Notes: a model not told the origin generated them from the sequence alone. 64,000 nucleotides of DNA from Candidatus Poribacteria bacterium (GCA_965232545.1 OZ246979.1:5734077-5798076), one strand, 5' to 3'; shown: positions 9,677-21,602, counted from the stretch's first letter. Program-made: numbers and translations.

Positions 9677-10219
9677 ATGAAAGTCTTGGTCGGTTCCGAA
9701 AATCCAGTGAAAATTCAGAGCGTTCGGGACGGTTTTCTAACATTTTTTGAACATGTAGAGGTCGAAGGTATAAATGTTGATACAGGTGTTGCTGACCAGC
9801 CTATGAATGATGAGACATTTGAGGGTGCCAAACATCGCGCCGAGAACGTTAAGCGAATAAACGATCAACAGAACCTCGGCGCGACGTTTTTTGTCGGAAT
9901 TGAGGGAGGCGTTCTTCAACTGCAGGAGAGATGGTTTAGTGTGAATGTCGTTTATATTTTAGATAACCACAATCGAGACAGTTTTGCCACAACAGGACTT
10001 TATGAATTGCCGGGTGCGATATCGGAAGAACTTCTGATTGGAAAAGGATTAGGACGTGCCATGGGTGAACTTGCCAATGATACCTACGCCGCACGCGAAC
10101 ATGGCACCGTTGGGTTTTTGACAAATGGTAAGATGGATAGGTTCCAAAATCAGGTCCAAGGCATAACTTTAGCATTAATCCCTTTTGTGAATGACACCCT
10201 TTATTTTCCTTCTTCCTAA
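9677..10219 (+). CDS. yjjX: Inosine/xanthosine triphosphatase (YjjX family non-canonical NTPase)
   Basis: MKVLVGSENPVKIQSV aligns with the E. coli YjjX N-terminus. GGAGGT RBS is 5 nt upstream of the ATG at 9677. The 12-codon extension to 9641 in the ORF track is unlikely. Confidence 0.7.
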   Translation: MKVLVGSENPVKIQSVRDGFLTFFEHVEVEGINVDTGVADQPMNDETFEGAKHRAENVKRINDQQNLGATFFVGIEGGVLQLQERWFSVNVVYILDNHNRDSFATTGLYELPGAISEELLIGKGLGRAMGELANDTYAAREHGTVGFLTNGKMDRFQNQVQGITLALIPFVNDTLYFPSS

Positions 10220-10260
10220 TGGGCAACACAGAAAATAGATTGGATTGAGCGATTAAAGAC

Positions 10261-10336
10261 AGAGATTCATCGCTGACTGCTAATTGCTAATCGCTAACCG
10301 CTAATTGCTATTCTTCTGACCGCCGACTGCCGACCG
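10261..10336 (+). repeat. Heptamer direct-repeat array (CTRAYYG x10)
   Basis: ctgactg ctaattg ctaatcg ctaaccg ctaattg ... ctgaccg ccgactg ccgaccg ctgaccg, lying between the convergent 3' ends of yjjX and the Gfo/Idh/MocA gene. Confidence 0.7.
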
Positions 10337-10351
10337 CTGACCGCCATATAT

Positions 10352-11431
10352 TCAATCGATTTCCCATTCCTGTAAACCGAGCGGCACAGGCTCAGGACGT
10401 TCCGTCGTGCTTTCGATGACGACGTGCTCACCCGTTTCAGAAGATTTGTCGAAAGCGCACATCACCTCAAGCACATGATATGCCAACGCGCCGTTCGCAC
10501 GGTGCTTGCGTCCCGAAAGGATAACCGACGCCATATCAATGACCCCAATCATCCGAGCATTGTTCGGGAAAGGGATTTCCTCGGCTTCCCAATCACCCCC
10601 TGCCGGACACACATTCACGGGACCCCCGAAACCGTTCGGATCAGGCACCGTCATTGAGCCGGTTTCACCGTAGATTTCGATGCACGGAAGACTGTGCCGC
10701 CACATGTCGAAACTCATAATCATTGTGATGATCGCACCGTTCTGGAATTCGATTGAGCCGGTGAGGTGAGTTGTAATTTTGACAGGGATACGTAAACCGC
10801 GCACGGCTTGACTCGTCGCGACACGTTCTTCAAAGGCTTTCGTCGTAATCGCGGCAACGCGTTTGACGGGACCGAGAATATTGACGAGGGCAGTCACATA
10901 ATAAGGCCCCATATCCAGCATCGGTCCGCCGCCGAGGTCGTAGTAAAAGGCCGGATTTGGATGCCAACTTTCGTGTCCGTGTCCGCACATAAAAGCGGTG
11001 CCAGCGATAGGTTTCCCAATTTTCCCCGCGTCCAGTGTTTGCCGAGAAGTCTGGATACCCGCACCGAGGAAAGTATCGGGTGCCGATCCGACGCGTAATC
11101 CCTTTTCAGCGGCGGTATCAATGAGTTGTTTTCCGCTCTCGGTGTCCACGCCGAGCGGTTTTTCGCTATAGACGTGTTTACCGGCTTCCAAGACTTGTAA
11201 GCCGACTTCGACGTGTGCCCGCGGGATGGTGAGATTCACAACGAGTTCGATCTCATCGTCTGCGAGCAATTCATCGACGCTGCATGCGTGGGAGTTGTAT
11301 TTTTCGGCTTGCGCCTGTGCGGATTCCATTCGGAGGTCGGCACAGGCTTTGATTTCTAAAATGTCGGTTTTTCGTGCCCCTTCAAAGTAGGCACTGCTGA
11401 TGGTTCCACAACCAATAATTCCAATTTTCAT
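10352..11431 (-). CDS. Gfo/Idh/MocA family NAD(P)-dependent oxidoreductase
   Basis: N-terminal Rossmann motif MKIGIIGCGTIS and the typical C-terminal alpha/beta domain. Confidence 0.8.
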   Translation of the reverse strand: MKIGIIGCGTISSAYFEGARKTDILEIKACADLRMESAQAQAEKYNSHACSVDELLADDEIELVVNLTIPRAHVEVGLQVLEAGKHVYSEKPLGVDTESGKQLIDTAAEKGLRVGSAPDTFLGAGIQTSRQTLDAGKIGKPIAGTAFMCGHGHESWHPNPAFYYDLGGGPMLDMGPYYVTALVNILGPVKRVAAITTKAFEERVATSQAVRGLRIPVKITTHLTGSIEFQNGAIITMIMSFDMWRHSLPCIEIYGETGSMTVPDPNGFGGPVNVCPAGGDWEAEEIPFPNNARMIGVIDMASVILSGRKHRANGALAYHVLEVMCAFDKSSETGEHVVIESTTERPEPVPLGLQEWEID

Positions 11432-11460
11432 ATTTTTAACTATGTGCTCCTGGACTGCCT

Positions 11461-13422
<1,962 letters not shown>

Positions 13423-13432
13423 TCAGTTTGCA

Positions 13433-13755
13433 TTTATGATGAATCCTAAAAATACATAGACATCTTAAAGAAACAACAGTCCTCCTCCGCTGGCGAGGTT
13501 TCTAACCTCGCCTCTTTAGAGTGTCTAAGTAATTCTAAAATCTACCATGTATATTTGCATTTACATAATTGTCTGTGCCACTGCCGCCTGTTATTCTGCA
13601 GCTTGGCTTTTCACATCGTATATCTTTCGCCTCAGTCGAAAAATCAATCTCTATTCCACCTAACATACTAACACAAGTTCGACATTTTCGCAAGTCGCAT
13701 GACAAGGGTAGCACGGGCATTTAATGTCTATTTATTTTTAGGATTCACCATAAAA
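13433..13755. mobile_element. MITE-like insertion with about 36-bp terminal inverted repeats in the thiC leader / glcB upstream region
   Basis: Left end TTTATGATGAATCCTAAAAATACATAGACATCTTAAA (13433-13470) matches the reverse complement of the right end at 13718-13755 at about 33 of 36 positions. The element carries a REP-like hairpin at 13487-13549. Confidence 0.55.
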
Positions 13756-13904
13756 AGCCCTGATTTGTCAAAAAAATGATTGACAAACTACCAATCTATT
13801 GCTATGATTAAATCACAATTGCGGCAAAATTTGTTGTCAGTGCAGTGAAGCATCGATTAACGAGGATCCAACACCTTACAGCATCTTGGAATGGAGAAAA
13901 GAGT

Positions 13905-16088
13905 ATGGGAAACCGAATTGAAGTCGGTAATCTCAGGATAGATGAAGATTTGTATGCATTAGTAAAAGATGAGATCGCACCCGGTACGGGGGTAGAGGCA
14001 GATGCCTTCTGGAAAGCGTTCGGCGACATCATTGCGGCGTTCGTACCAGAAAATAAGGCACTCTTAGAGAAACGGGATACACTCCAACAGCAGATTGACG
14101 AGTGGCATCTGGCGCGCAAAGATGAACCGTTAGACAGTGAGGCGTATTCGGCGTTTCTGAAGGATATAGGCTATCTACTTCCTGAAGGACGCGATTTTAC
14201 TGTGATTACCGAAGACGTTGACACAGAGATTTCGCTCATCTCAGGTCCACAATTGGTTGTCCCGACCGATAACGCTCGCTATGCCCTGAACGCCGCGAAC
14301 GCACGCTGGGGAAGCCTCTACGATGCGCTCTACGGCACCGATGTCATCGATGAATCGGACGGGGCGACACGAGGGACTGCCTATAACCCGATCCGGGGCG
14401 CGAAAGTCATCGCGTACACCGAAAATTTTTTAGATGAAATGACGGAACTTGAAACTGGAAGTTTCTCCGACGTTACGGGATTTTCCCTCAAAACCGTCCG
14501 AGACGAGCAGCAGTTACGGGCAACACTCAGTGATGGCAGTGAGGTCGGGTTAGCCGATCCAACCAAATTTGTAGGTTTTACGCAAAACGATGGCAAACTC
14601 AGTGCTATTCTGTTACGCAACCACGGACTGCACATCGAAATACAAATAGACCGAGATCATCCCGTTGGAAAGGTACACCCTGCCGGTGTTGTTGATGTTA
14701 TCCTTGAATCAGCAATCACGACGATCCAAGATTGCGAGGATTCCGTCGCCGCGGTGGATGCCGCGGACAAGGTACGCGTCTATAGCAATTGGAACGGCAT
14801 TATGAAGGGGACGCTGGAGACAACGTTTGAAAAAAACGGCGAAACGCTTACCCGTCACCTCGCACCGGATAAGACATTTACCGCACCCGATGGCGGTACG
14901 GTGACCTTGCCCGGCAGAAGCCTGCTCCTAATTCGGAATGTGGGACTCCACATGTACACCGATGCCGTCACGACAGCGGACGGTGAGGAGATTCCGGAAG
15001 GCATTCTTGATGCCATGGTAACGAGTTTCGCCGCAATGCATGACCTCCAAGGCAACGGTCCCCGCACCAATAGCAAAACGGGGAGTATCTACATCGTCAA
15101 GCCGAAGTTCCACGGACCTGAAGAGGTTGATATGACGATTCGGATGTTTGAGTGGATTGAATCGGCGCTTGGGCTTCCAACGAATACTATTAAGATTGGG
15201 ATTATGGATGAGGAACGGCGGACGACCGTCAATCTCAAAGAGGCGATCCGAGTCGCACAGGAACGCCTCGTCTTTATTAACACCGGGTTTTTGGATAGAA
15301 CCGGCGATGAAATCCATACGAGTATGGAAGCGGGACCCGTGATTCCGAAGATGGACATCCGCAACGAGCCGTGGATGCTCGCTTATGAGGATTGGAACGT
15401 CGATATCGGGATTGAAACCGCACTGCTCGGTACTGCGCAAATTGGGAAGGGGATGTGGACGAAACCTGACCAGATGGCAGAGATGGTTGAAACGAAGGTG
15501 AATCACCCCTTGGCGGGGGCGACAACCGCATGGGTGCCATCGCCGACAGCCGCAACGCTTCATGCGATGCACTACCACCGGGTTGATGTTGGAAATTGGA
15601 TAAAGGAATTGTCCGCGAGACAACGTGCAAGTTTGGATGATCTGCTAACACCGCCGCTGTTGAAGGATCGCGAGTTACAACCCGATGAGATTCAGCGCGA
15701 ATTGGATAACAACGCCCAGGGTATCTTGGGATACGTCGTCCGATGGGTGGACCAAGGTATCGGTTGCTCGAAGATACCCGATATTAACAACGTCGGGTTA
15801 ATGGAGGATCGAGCGACACTGCGGATTTCGAGTCAACACATCGCAAATTGGCTGCGCCACGCCATCGTTACGAAGGAACAGGTAACCGAAACGTTCCAGC
15901 GGATGGCGAAGATCGTTGACGAGCAGAACGCCGGTGACCCGAATTATCGGGATATGTCACCGAATTATGACCAGAGCACCGCGTTTCAAGCGGCTTTGGA
16001 TCTGGTTTTTAAAGGGTGTGAACTACCGAACGGGTATACCGAGTTCGTGCTACATCCGCGTCGACGAGAGGTCAAAGCAGGCAGCTAA
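13905..16088 (+). CDS. glcB: Malate synthase G
   Basis: Strong N-terminal match to E. coli GlcB (RIDANF.., [31 protein letters not shown]). RBS GGAGAAAAGAGT precedes the ATG at 13905. Confidence 0.9.
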   Translation: MGNRIEVGNLRIDEDLYALVKDEIAPGTGVEADAFWKAFGDIIAAFVPENKALLEKRDTLQQQIDEWHLARKDEPLDSEAYSAFLKDIGYLLPEGRDFTVITEDVDTEISLISGPQLVVPTDNARYALNAANARWGSLYDALYGTDVIDESDGATRGTAYNPIRGAKVIAYTENFLDEMTELETGSFSDVTGFSLKTVRDEQQLRATLSDGSEVGLADPTKFVGFTQNDGKLSAILLRNHGLHIEIQIDRDHPVGKVHPAGVVDVILESAITTIQDCEDSVAAVDAADKVRVYSNWNGIMKGTLETTFEKNGETLTRHLAPDKTFTAPDGGTVTLPGRSLLLIRNVGLHMYTDAVTTADGEEIPEGILDAMVTSFAAMHDLQGNGPRTNSKTGSIYIVKPKFHGPEEVDMTIRMFEWIESALGLPTNTIKIGIMDEERRTTVNLKEAIRVAQERLVFINTGFLDRTGDEIHTSMEAGPVIPKMDIRNEPWMLAYEDWNVDIGIETALLGTAQIGKGMWTKPDQMAEMVETKVNHPLAGATTAWVPSPTAATLHAMHYHRVDVGNWIKELSARQRASLDDLLTPPLLKDRELQPDEIQRELDNNAQGILGYVVRWVDQGIGCSKIPDINNVGLMEDRATLRISSQHIANWLRHAIVTKEQVTETFQRMAKIVDEQNAGDPNYRDMSPNYDQSTAFQAALDLVFKGCELPNGYTEFVLHPRRREVKAGS

Positions 16089-16182
16089 GTCTGTCTCCAA
16101 CACGGGTAGGGGCGGTTTCTAACCGCTCCGAGTTAAATACATGCTTATTTGGACTCAGGTTCCTATAAGATGACGAGAACAT

Positions 16183-16225
16183 AAAAAAGGGAAGGGTGAA
16201 TAACGCATCCTTCCCTGTCTTTTTC
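16183..16225. terminator. Bidirectional intrinsic terminator between glcB and the amidohydrolase gene
   Basis: AAAAAA-GGGAAGG-gtgaataacgcat-CCTTCCC-TGTCTTTTT: a 7-bp GC stem flanked by an A-run and a T-run. Confidence 0.7.
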
Positions 16226-16235
16226 GGAATTACTT

Positions 16236-17093
16236 CTATAAATCCAGTCTATAAAATTTAATCGCGTTATCTCGGAAGAGGTTGCCTAACGCCTCAGATG
16301 AGCACCCGGATACTGCCGCTCTCAAGGTCTCTACCCACCGTGGATACGCCGAGGCTTGCGTGGAGACGGGCCAATCGCTACCGTATATGACGCGATCGAA
16401 GCCGAAGCAGTTAATAATGTGTTCGATATACGGTTGTAGATCGGCGGGAGTCCATGCTTCAAAGTCAGCCTCTGTGACCAGACCTGATATTTTACAATGG
16501 ACATTCGGCAACGCCGCGAGCGTTTGGATCTCCTGTTTCCACGGATCAAAAAGTTGATTTTTGATGTCCGGTTTACCGATGTGGTCTAAGATGAATTGGA
16601 CGTGCGGACACTGTTCCACGAGCCGAATGGCATTGGCGAGTTGCGGATGGAAAATACAGATATCGAAACTCAATCCGTAGCGGGAGAGCGTTTTAACACC
16701 ACTCACAAAATCGGGTTGGACGCAGAAATCTACGCTTTCAGATTGGATGAGGCGGCGGATACCTTTGACGAGCGGATTCTCTGCCAACTTTTCAACAAAA
16801 GGGGCGACCTGTTCTCCCTCTTCGAGCGGTGCCCATGCAACAATACCCTGAATCCGGGGATCTACTGTCGTCGCAAGATCCGTAACCCACGTTGTCTCTT
16901 TCAATCCGTCATCCGGATGTGTATCGCACTGGACAAACACGATGGATTCAATATCCAGTTCGCCGGACGCATCGTTGTAATCTTTTAGGAGATAAGGTCT
17001 GTTTAGGGCTGGGACTTCCGTGAGCCACGGGTATCTCAGTTGTTGCGGATGCCATAGGTGAACGTGCGTGTCAACGATCGGGAATTTCTCCAT
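16236..17093 (-). CDS. Amidohydrolase family protein (amidohydrolase-2 / metal-dependent hydrolase)
   Basis: N-terminal metal-binding IVDTHVHLW and a TIM-barrel hydrolase pattern. Confidence 0.7.
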   Translation of the reverse strand: MEKFPIVDTHVHLWHPQQLRYPWLTEVPALNRPYLLKDYNDASGELDIESIVFVQCDTHPDDGLKETTWVTDLATTVDPRIQGIVAWAPLEEGEQVAPFVEKLAENPLVKGIRRLIQSESVDFCVQPDFVSGVKTLSRYGLSFDICIFHPQLANAIRLVEQCPHVQFILDHIGKPDIKNQLFDPWKQEIQTLAALPNVHCKISGLVTEADFEAWTPADLQPYIEHIINCFGFDRVIYGSDWPVSTQASAYPRWVETLRAAVSGCSSEALGNLFRDNAIKFYRLDL

Positions 17094-17295
17094 TGCGGTG
17101 CTCCTATATTTTATCTTTAATTGTATTTAAATTTGAAGGTATTTTAAGGCTTCTCCCCGAAATTGTCAAATATTTTCTTTTTCCAATTCAGGGCATTCCA
17201 CTCTTCAGTAGGAGCGAGTTTTGCTCGCGATTCTTTCACTGACGGGATACGTATCACCCGACCTGCCTGCTGATAGCTATTCTTCGTTCGTAGTA

Positions 17296-17343
17296 GTGCG
17301 ATTTGCGGCGTACTCGCCCAAATGCGACGTGCATTCATCGCAC
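17296..17343 (+). repeat. Conserved 31-nt box GCGGCGTACTCGCCCAAATGCGAMGTGCATT enclosed by a covarying 7-bp stem (copy 1 of 2)
   Basis: The box is identical at 45795-45825 apart from the M position. The closing stems differ between copies (GTGCGAT/ATCGCAC here, GCGCAAT/ATTGCGC there) yet stay complementary. Contains an internal GGCG-TACT-CGCC hairpin. Confidence 0.5.
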
Positions 17344-17348
17344 GTTCT

Positions 17349-17451
17349 TTCTGCCAACTGCCTCTTGACGGCTATTCCTCTGACCGCCGACCGCCGACCG
17401 CTGACCGCCGACCGCTGATTGCTGACTGCTGACTGCTAACCGCTGATAGCC
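17349..17451 (+). repeat. Heptamer direct-repeat array (GCYGAYY, about 14 units)
   Basis: gctgacc gccgacc gccgacc gctgacc gccgacc gctgatt gctgact gctgact gctaacc gctgata, upstream of ThuA copy 1. Confidence 0.75.
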
Positions 17452-17527
17452 ATTCACCAAAAGGGTTTGCCAAAAAGTCTGATGATGTGCTAAACTGATA
17501 GATATTTCCAATGGAGGCGTTAAGGAT

Positions 17528-18331
17528 ATGTCAGAAAAATCTCGAATTGTTATGGTGGCAGGAAGTGCGAGTCATGGCGGTGGCGCGCATGAGCATCCCG
17601 CGGGGTGTGCCTATCTCGCCGATCAGTTGAACAAGGCTGTGGACAGCGTGGAAGTCGTGGTCTCGCAGGGATGGCCCGAAGATCCAGCGACTTTCACCGA
17701 TACAGATGCCATTATTGTTTACTCGGACGGTGGTGCTGGGCATCTTAGCATTCCACACCTTGAACAGATCTCTGGACTGGTGGAACAGGGTATCGGACTT
17801 GGGATGTTACACTATGCTGTGGAAGTGCCGAAGGGGGAACCCGGAGATCGCTTCTTGGAGTGGATCGGCGGCTACTTTGAGACCCACCTTTCGGTCAATC
17901 CGTATTGGACAGCAACGTTTACCGGATTTCCTGAACACCCCACAACACGCGGAATAGAGCCGTTTTCATTGGAAGACGAGTGGTATTACCACATGCGGTT
18001 TCGTGAAAATATGCAGGGTGTGACACCTGTGTTGAGTGCCATCGCACCTGCTTCGACACTTGAGAGACCCGACGGACCGCATAGCGGGAACCCGCATGTG
18101 CGCGCATCGGTAGCCAACGGTGAGCCGCAGCATCTCGGGTGGTGTGTAGAGCGTCCGGATGGAGGACGTGGATTCGGATTTACCGGCGGGCATCTCCATC
18201 GGAATTGGGCGGATGACGACCTCCGTAAATTCATTCTCAACGCGATCGCATGGACAGCAAAGGTAGAAATTCCTGAAGGGGGTATCTCTACGCCAACCCC
18301 GACTGAGGCAGAATTGGAGGCATATCTGTAG
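17528..18331 (+). CDS. ThuA-like (trehalose utilisation) domain protein, copy 1
   Basis: 267 aa ThuA/class-I glutamine amidotransferase-like fold. About 80% aa identity to the copy at 19749. A 40-bp promoter-region block is shared. Confidence 0.75.
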   Translation: MSEKSRIVMVAGSASHGGGAHEHPAGCAYLADQLNKAVDSVEVVVSQGWPEDPATFTDTDAIIVYSDGGAGHLSIPHLEQISGLVEQGIGLGMLHYAVEVPKGEPGDRFLEWIGGYFETHLSVNPYWTATFTGFPEHPTTRGIEPFSLEDEWYYHMRFRENMQGVTPVLSAIAPASTLERPDGPHSGNPHVRASVANGEPQHLGWCVERPDGGRGFGFTGGHLHRNWADDDLRKFILNAIAWTAKVEIPEGGISTPTPTEAELEAYL

Positions 18332-18560
18332 TTTTAGAGTCAATAACCCCAAGCTAAAGCATGGGGCTTGTGCGAAGCGTATGCCAAACGTTCACTCCAC
18401 AAGTTAAACTATTTTCTACAGTAAAATATCGCAGTATCTGGGCGTGGCAGCCTAAACAATGTTTCGGATACTCCCCTCGTCTGACTCACTCTAAGATATT
18501 GTGATCTGTAAGGGGCAATATACAACCCGTAAGGGAGATTACAAACTATGTTTGTTCCGG
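18332..18560 (+). ncRNA. Candidate omega-RNA region for IsrB (placement by analogy with IscB/IsrB systems)
   Basis: IscB/IsrB guide RNAs are encoded immediately upstream of, and overlapping, the ORF 5' end. The region opens with the IS-end hairpin CCCCAAGCTAAAGCATGGGG at 18347-18366. Boundaries not determinable by eye. Confidence 0.3.
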
Positions 18561-19600
18561 TGACGAGTCAAACAGGTCAGAAGTTGATGCCTACGCGTGC
18601 TAACAAGGCGGGTGTGCTGATTAAGAAAGGTTTCGCCACGCCCTATTGGTCTAATGGTATATTCTGTATCCGGCTTAACTATGCTATCGAAGACGCATAC
18701 ACACAAGATATAGTCGTAGGTGTAGACCCCGGTAGTAAGAAGGAAGGCTTTACCGTCAAATCAGAATCTCATACCTATTTGAATGTGCAAGCCGATGCTC
18801 ATAGGGGTGTCGGTAAGAAAGTTGAAAAACGTCGAGAGTTGCGTAGGAGTAGACGCTCTCGTAAATGTCCTAATCGCAAGAATAGAACCAACCGTCTTGC
18901 GAATAGAGAGCGTATCCCCGTAGGCACGCGTGCAAGGTGGGATTGGAAACTTCGTATACTTGATTGGCTTTCAAAGTTGTATCCACTCACACACGTATGT
19001 GTTGAAGATATTAAGGCACGAACAATAGAACGTGCTAAGAAATGGAATACCTCTTTTAGTCCACTTGAAGTCGGTAAGCAGTGGTTTTATACCGAAATCC
19101 GAAAGCAGTGGCAGTTGCTAACACTTCAAGGGTGGGAAACCAAAGAGATACGCGATAGCTTAGGACTCAAGAAGTCGTCAGACAAGATGTCAGAAACTTT
19201 TGACGCACATTGCGTAGATTCCTGGTGCTTGGCGTATCACACGGTTGGTGGTTCGGCTGTCCCTGATAACACGGACTTAATGTGTGTCTCACCGATACCG
19301 ATAAAGCGAAGAGAGTTGCATAGGCAACAGGAAGCGAAGGGGGGTAAACGCTCACGGGTGGGCGGCACTGTATTAGGTCAAGGCTTAGTCAAAAATACAT
19401 TGATTAAGCATGTCAAATACGGTTTAACACGACTTGCTGGCGTTAACGCAAAGGGTTTGTTTTCAATATACAGTATGGGAAACAAACGATTAACCACAGG
19501 GGCGAAGCGGTCTGATTTTAAAGTGCTAACACGCCTCAACTTTTACTACAGGAGTGGGCATTCCTCCCCAACCTAAAGGATGGGGTCTCCTGCCCGAAGA
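18335..19600 (+). mobile_element. IS200/IS605-family non-autonomous element encoding IsrB (no tnpA)
   Basis: Bounded by related subterminal hairpins: CCCCAAGCTAAAGCATGGGG at 18347-18366 and CCCCAACCTAAAGGATGGGG at 19566-19585, which show a compensatory G:C to C:G swap. Lies between two diverged ThuA paralogs. Confidence 0.55.
18548..19576 (+). CDS. isrB: IsrB (HNH-less IscB; OMEGA RNA-guided nickase)
   Basis: 342 aa. N-terminal PLMP-like GQKLMPTRANKAGVLIKKG...IRLNY, RuvC-I VGVDPGS, Arg-rich bridge helix RRELRRSRRSRKCPNRKNR, RuvC-II VCVEDIK, RuvC-III FDAHCVDSW. Only about 45 aa separate RuvC-II and RuvC-III, with no Cys/His HNH insert. Aligns block-for-block with the OgeuIscB N-terminal half. 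Confidence 0.7.
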   Translation: MFVPVTSQTGQKLMPTRANKAGVLIKKGFATPYWSNGIFCIRLNYAIEDAYTQDIVVGVDPGSKKEGFTVKSESHTYLNVQADAHRGVGKKVEKRRELRRSRRSRKCPNRKNRTNRLANRERIPVGTRARWDWKLRILDWLSKLYPLTHVCVEDIKARTIERAKKWNTSFSPLEVGKQWFYTEIRKQWQLLTLQGWETKEIRDSLGLKKSSDKMSETFDAHCVDSWCLAYHTVGGSAVPDNTDLMCVSPIPIKRRELHRQQEAKGGKRSRVGGTVLGQGLVKNTLIKHVKYGLTRLAGVNAKGLFSIYSMGNKRLTTGAKRSDFKVLTRLNFYYRSGHSSPT

Positions 19601-19748
19601 TTGATGATTTGGGTAATTCTGCACGGCTATTAAGTTTTCCTGTCTGGAATCCATTTTGAATACGAAACATTGCTGCCGAGATCCAGGGGACCTTAAGGCA
19701 TAGGGTGTGCTAAACTGATAGATATTCCCAACGGAGGATCCAAAAAAT

Positions 19749-20552
19749 ATGGCAAAGAAATCTCGAATTGTTTTGGTGGCAGGAAGTGGAAGTCGTGGTA
19801 GTGGCGCGCATGAGCATCCCGCTGGGTGTGCCTTTCTTGCCGAGCAGTTAAACAAAAATGTCGACGGCGTAGCGGCAGAGGTCTCTCAGGGGTGGCCCGA
19901 AGATCCAGCGATTTTCACCGATACAGATGCTATTATTGTTTATTCAGGCGGTGGTGAAAAACATCTTAGCATCCCGCATCTTGATCAGATCAGTGAATTG
20001 ATGGCACAGGGCATAGGACTCGCAATGTTACACTTTGCAGTCGAGGTGCCGAAGGGCAAGCCGGGTGATTGTTTCTTAGACTGGATCGGTGGTTACTTCG
20101 AACCAGGCCTTTCGGTGAATCCTTATTGGATAGCAACGTTTACTGAATTTTCTGAACACCCGATAACACGTGGAATGGAACCATTTTCATTGAAAGATGA
20201 GTGGTATTATCACATGCGGTTTCGTGAAAATATGCGGGGCGTGACACCTGTGTTGAGTGCGATTGCACCTGCATCAACGCTCAAAAGACCCGATGGACCA
20301 TATAGCGGCAATCCACAAGTCCGTGCTTCGGTTGCAAAGGGCGAACCACAGCACTTGGGGTGGTGTGTCGAACGTCCCGATGGCGGGCGTGGGTTCGGAT
20401 GTACCGGTGGACATTACCATCAGAATTGGGGGAATGATCAATTCCGTAAGTTAATTCTCAACGGGATTGTCTGGACAGCAAAGATGGAAGTCCCTGAAGG
20501 AGGTATCTCCACGCCGACACCAACCGAAATGGAATTGGAGGCGTATCTGTAA
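19749..20552 (+). CDS. ThuA-like domain protein, copy 2
   Basis: Paralog of 17528-18331, about 80% nt and aa identity. Visibly lower third-position GC than copy 1. Confidence 0.75.
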   Translation: MAKKSRIVLVAGSGSRGSGAHEHPAGCAFLAEQLNKNVDGVAAEVSQGWPEDPAIFTDTDAIIVYSGGGEKHLSIPHLDQISELMAQGIGLAMLHFAVEVPKGKPGDCFLDWIGGYFEPGLSVNPYWIATFTEFSEHPITRGMEPFSLKDEWYYHMRFRENMRGVTPVLSAIAPASTLKRPDGPYSGNPQVRASVAKGEPQHLGWCVERPDGGRGFGCTGGHYHQNWGNDQFRKLILNGIVWTAKMEVPEGGISTPTPTEMELEAYL

Positions 20553-20747
20553 TTGCGGAATAATTCGGGCTATTCTGTGTGTGAGGTTGAATGAAATTTA
20601 AGTATTTAAAACGGTACTCCCGGTTTTCCCAGACTCGGTAGGGGCAGTGTTTTTGCTGGGGTGTTTCCCGCACCGGGCATTGTTAGAAGATTATCGAATT
20701 ATTTTTCAACCGTATCTAACCGCATCTGCTGGGTAAGGAGACGAAAC

Positions 20748-21602
20748 ATGGAGCAAAATCTACAAGATTATCTCTTCGACCTACAAGGCTATCTAATTTT
20801 AGAGAACGCCATCTCGAAATCCGATCTCGATGAAATGAACGCGTGGATCGATGCGCATTGGACTTACGTTGAAGATCCGTGGGAGGAAGAAACCGAGGAC
20901 AGACGGATTCCACGCTGGATCGGGAACATCGAAACGCATACCTACAACATCGAGAACGGTGTGAATTTCCAGAATATCATTGAGGGCGGAGACGTTTTTC
21001 AGAAACTCATCGACCATCCATCATGGATCGGTCTGATACGGAAATACGTCCACGAAGTCAACGGACTTTCTATCCACGAGAATTTCCTTAACGTCCGCGG
21101 TCCCGGCGGTTTCATTCATATCCACTGTGGTGGACATGTCCCACTGAGTTACCTGACATTCCGTCAAGAAAACACCGGCGAATGGATGGTAGGACAGATT
21201 AACGTCCTCATGGCACTCAACGATATTGGACCGGGGGATGGCGCGCCCGTATTGGTTCCGAGTAGCCATAAATGCACAGAGATCCACCCGCGTTTGAATG
21301 CCGATGGGAAAGGTTTAGTCTACGACGGTGTAAGCGGTAAACCCGCAGGGACAGCCTTTGCGACGAAGGAGATCTATCTCAAAGCAGGCGATGTCGTCAT
21401 GTTCACAGACGCGATTACGCACGGCTCGGCAGAACGGACGAATGAGGGGTATCGGCGATCTATCGTCTATCGCTATTCGCCGAGATATGTTCGTGAACGT
21501 TTTGACTATCCGCATTCAAAAGAATTGTTGGCACGTTTGACACCCGATCAACGCAAAATTATCCAACCGACAGCACCGCGTCGCCCGCCACAGGTTGTGT
21601 AA
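20748..21602 (+). CDS. Phytanoyl-CoA dioxygenase (PhyH) family Fe(II)/2OG oxygenase
   Basis: PhyH-like pattern with a HxD...H facial triad (IHIHCGGH ... ITHGSAE). Start MEQNLQDY at 20748 has AAGGAG 7 nt upstream. Confidence 0.65.
   Translation: MEQNLQDYLFDLQGYLILENAISKSDLDEMNAWIDAHWTYVEDPWEEETEDRRIPRWIGNIETHTYNIENGVNFQNIIEGGDVFQKLIDHPSWIGLIRKYVHEVNGLSIHENFLNVRGPGGFIHIHCGGHVPLSYLTFRQENTGEWMVGQINVLMALNDIGPGDGAPVLVPSSHKCTEIHPRLNADGKGLVYDGVSGKPAGTAFATKEIYLKAGDVVMFTDAITHGSAERTNEGYRRSIVYRYSPRYVRERFDYPHSKELLARLTPDQRKIIQPTAPRRPPQVV

Noticed and set aside
13535-13720. 61-aa Cys-rich minus-strand ORF inside the MITE-like element
   Set aside because: It sits entirely within repeat/AT-rich DNA bounded by the TIRs, with no RBS. 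Likely spurious.
17349-17451. Heptamer arrays as CRISPR or microsatellite
   Set aside because: The 7-nt units are contiguous with no spacers, so this is not CRISPR. The units are degenerate rather than identical, so this is not a classic slippage-prone simple sequence repeat.
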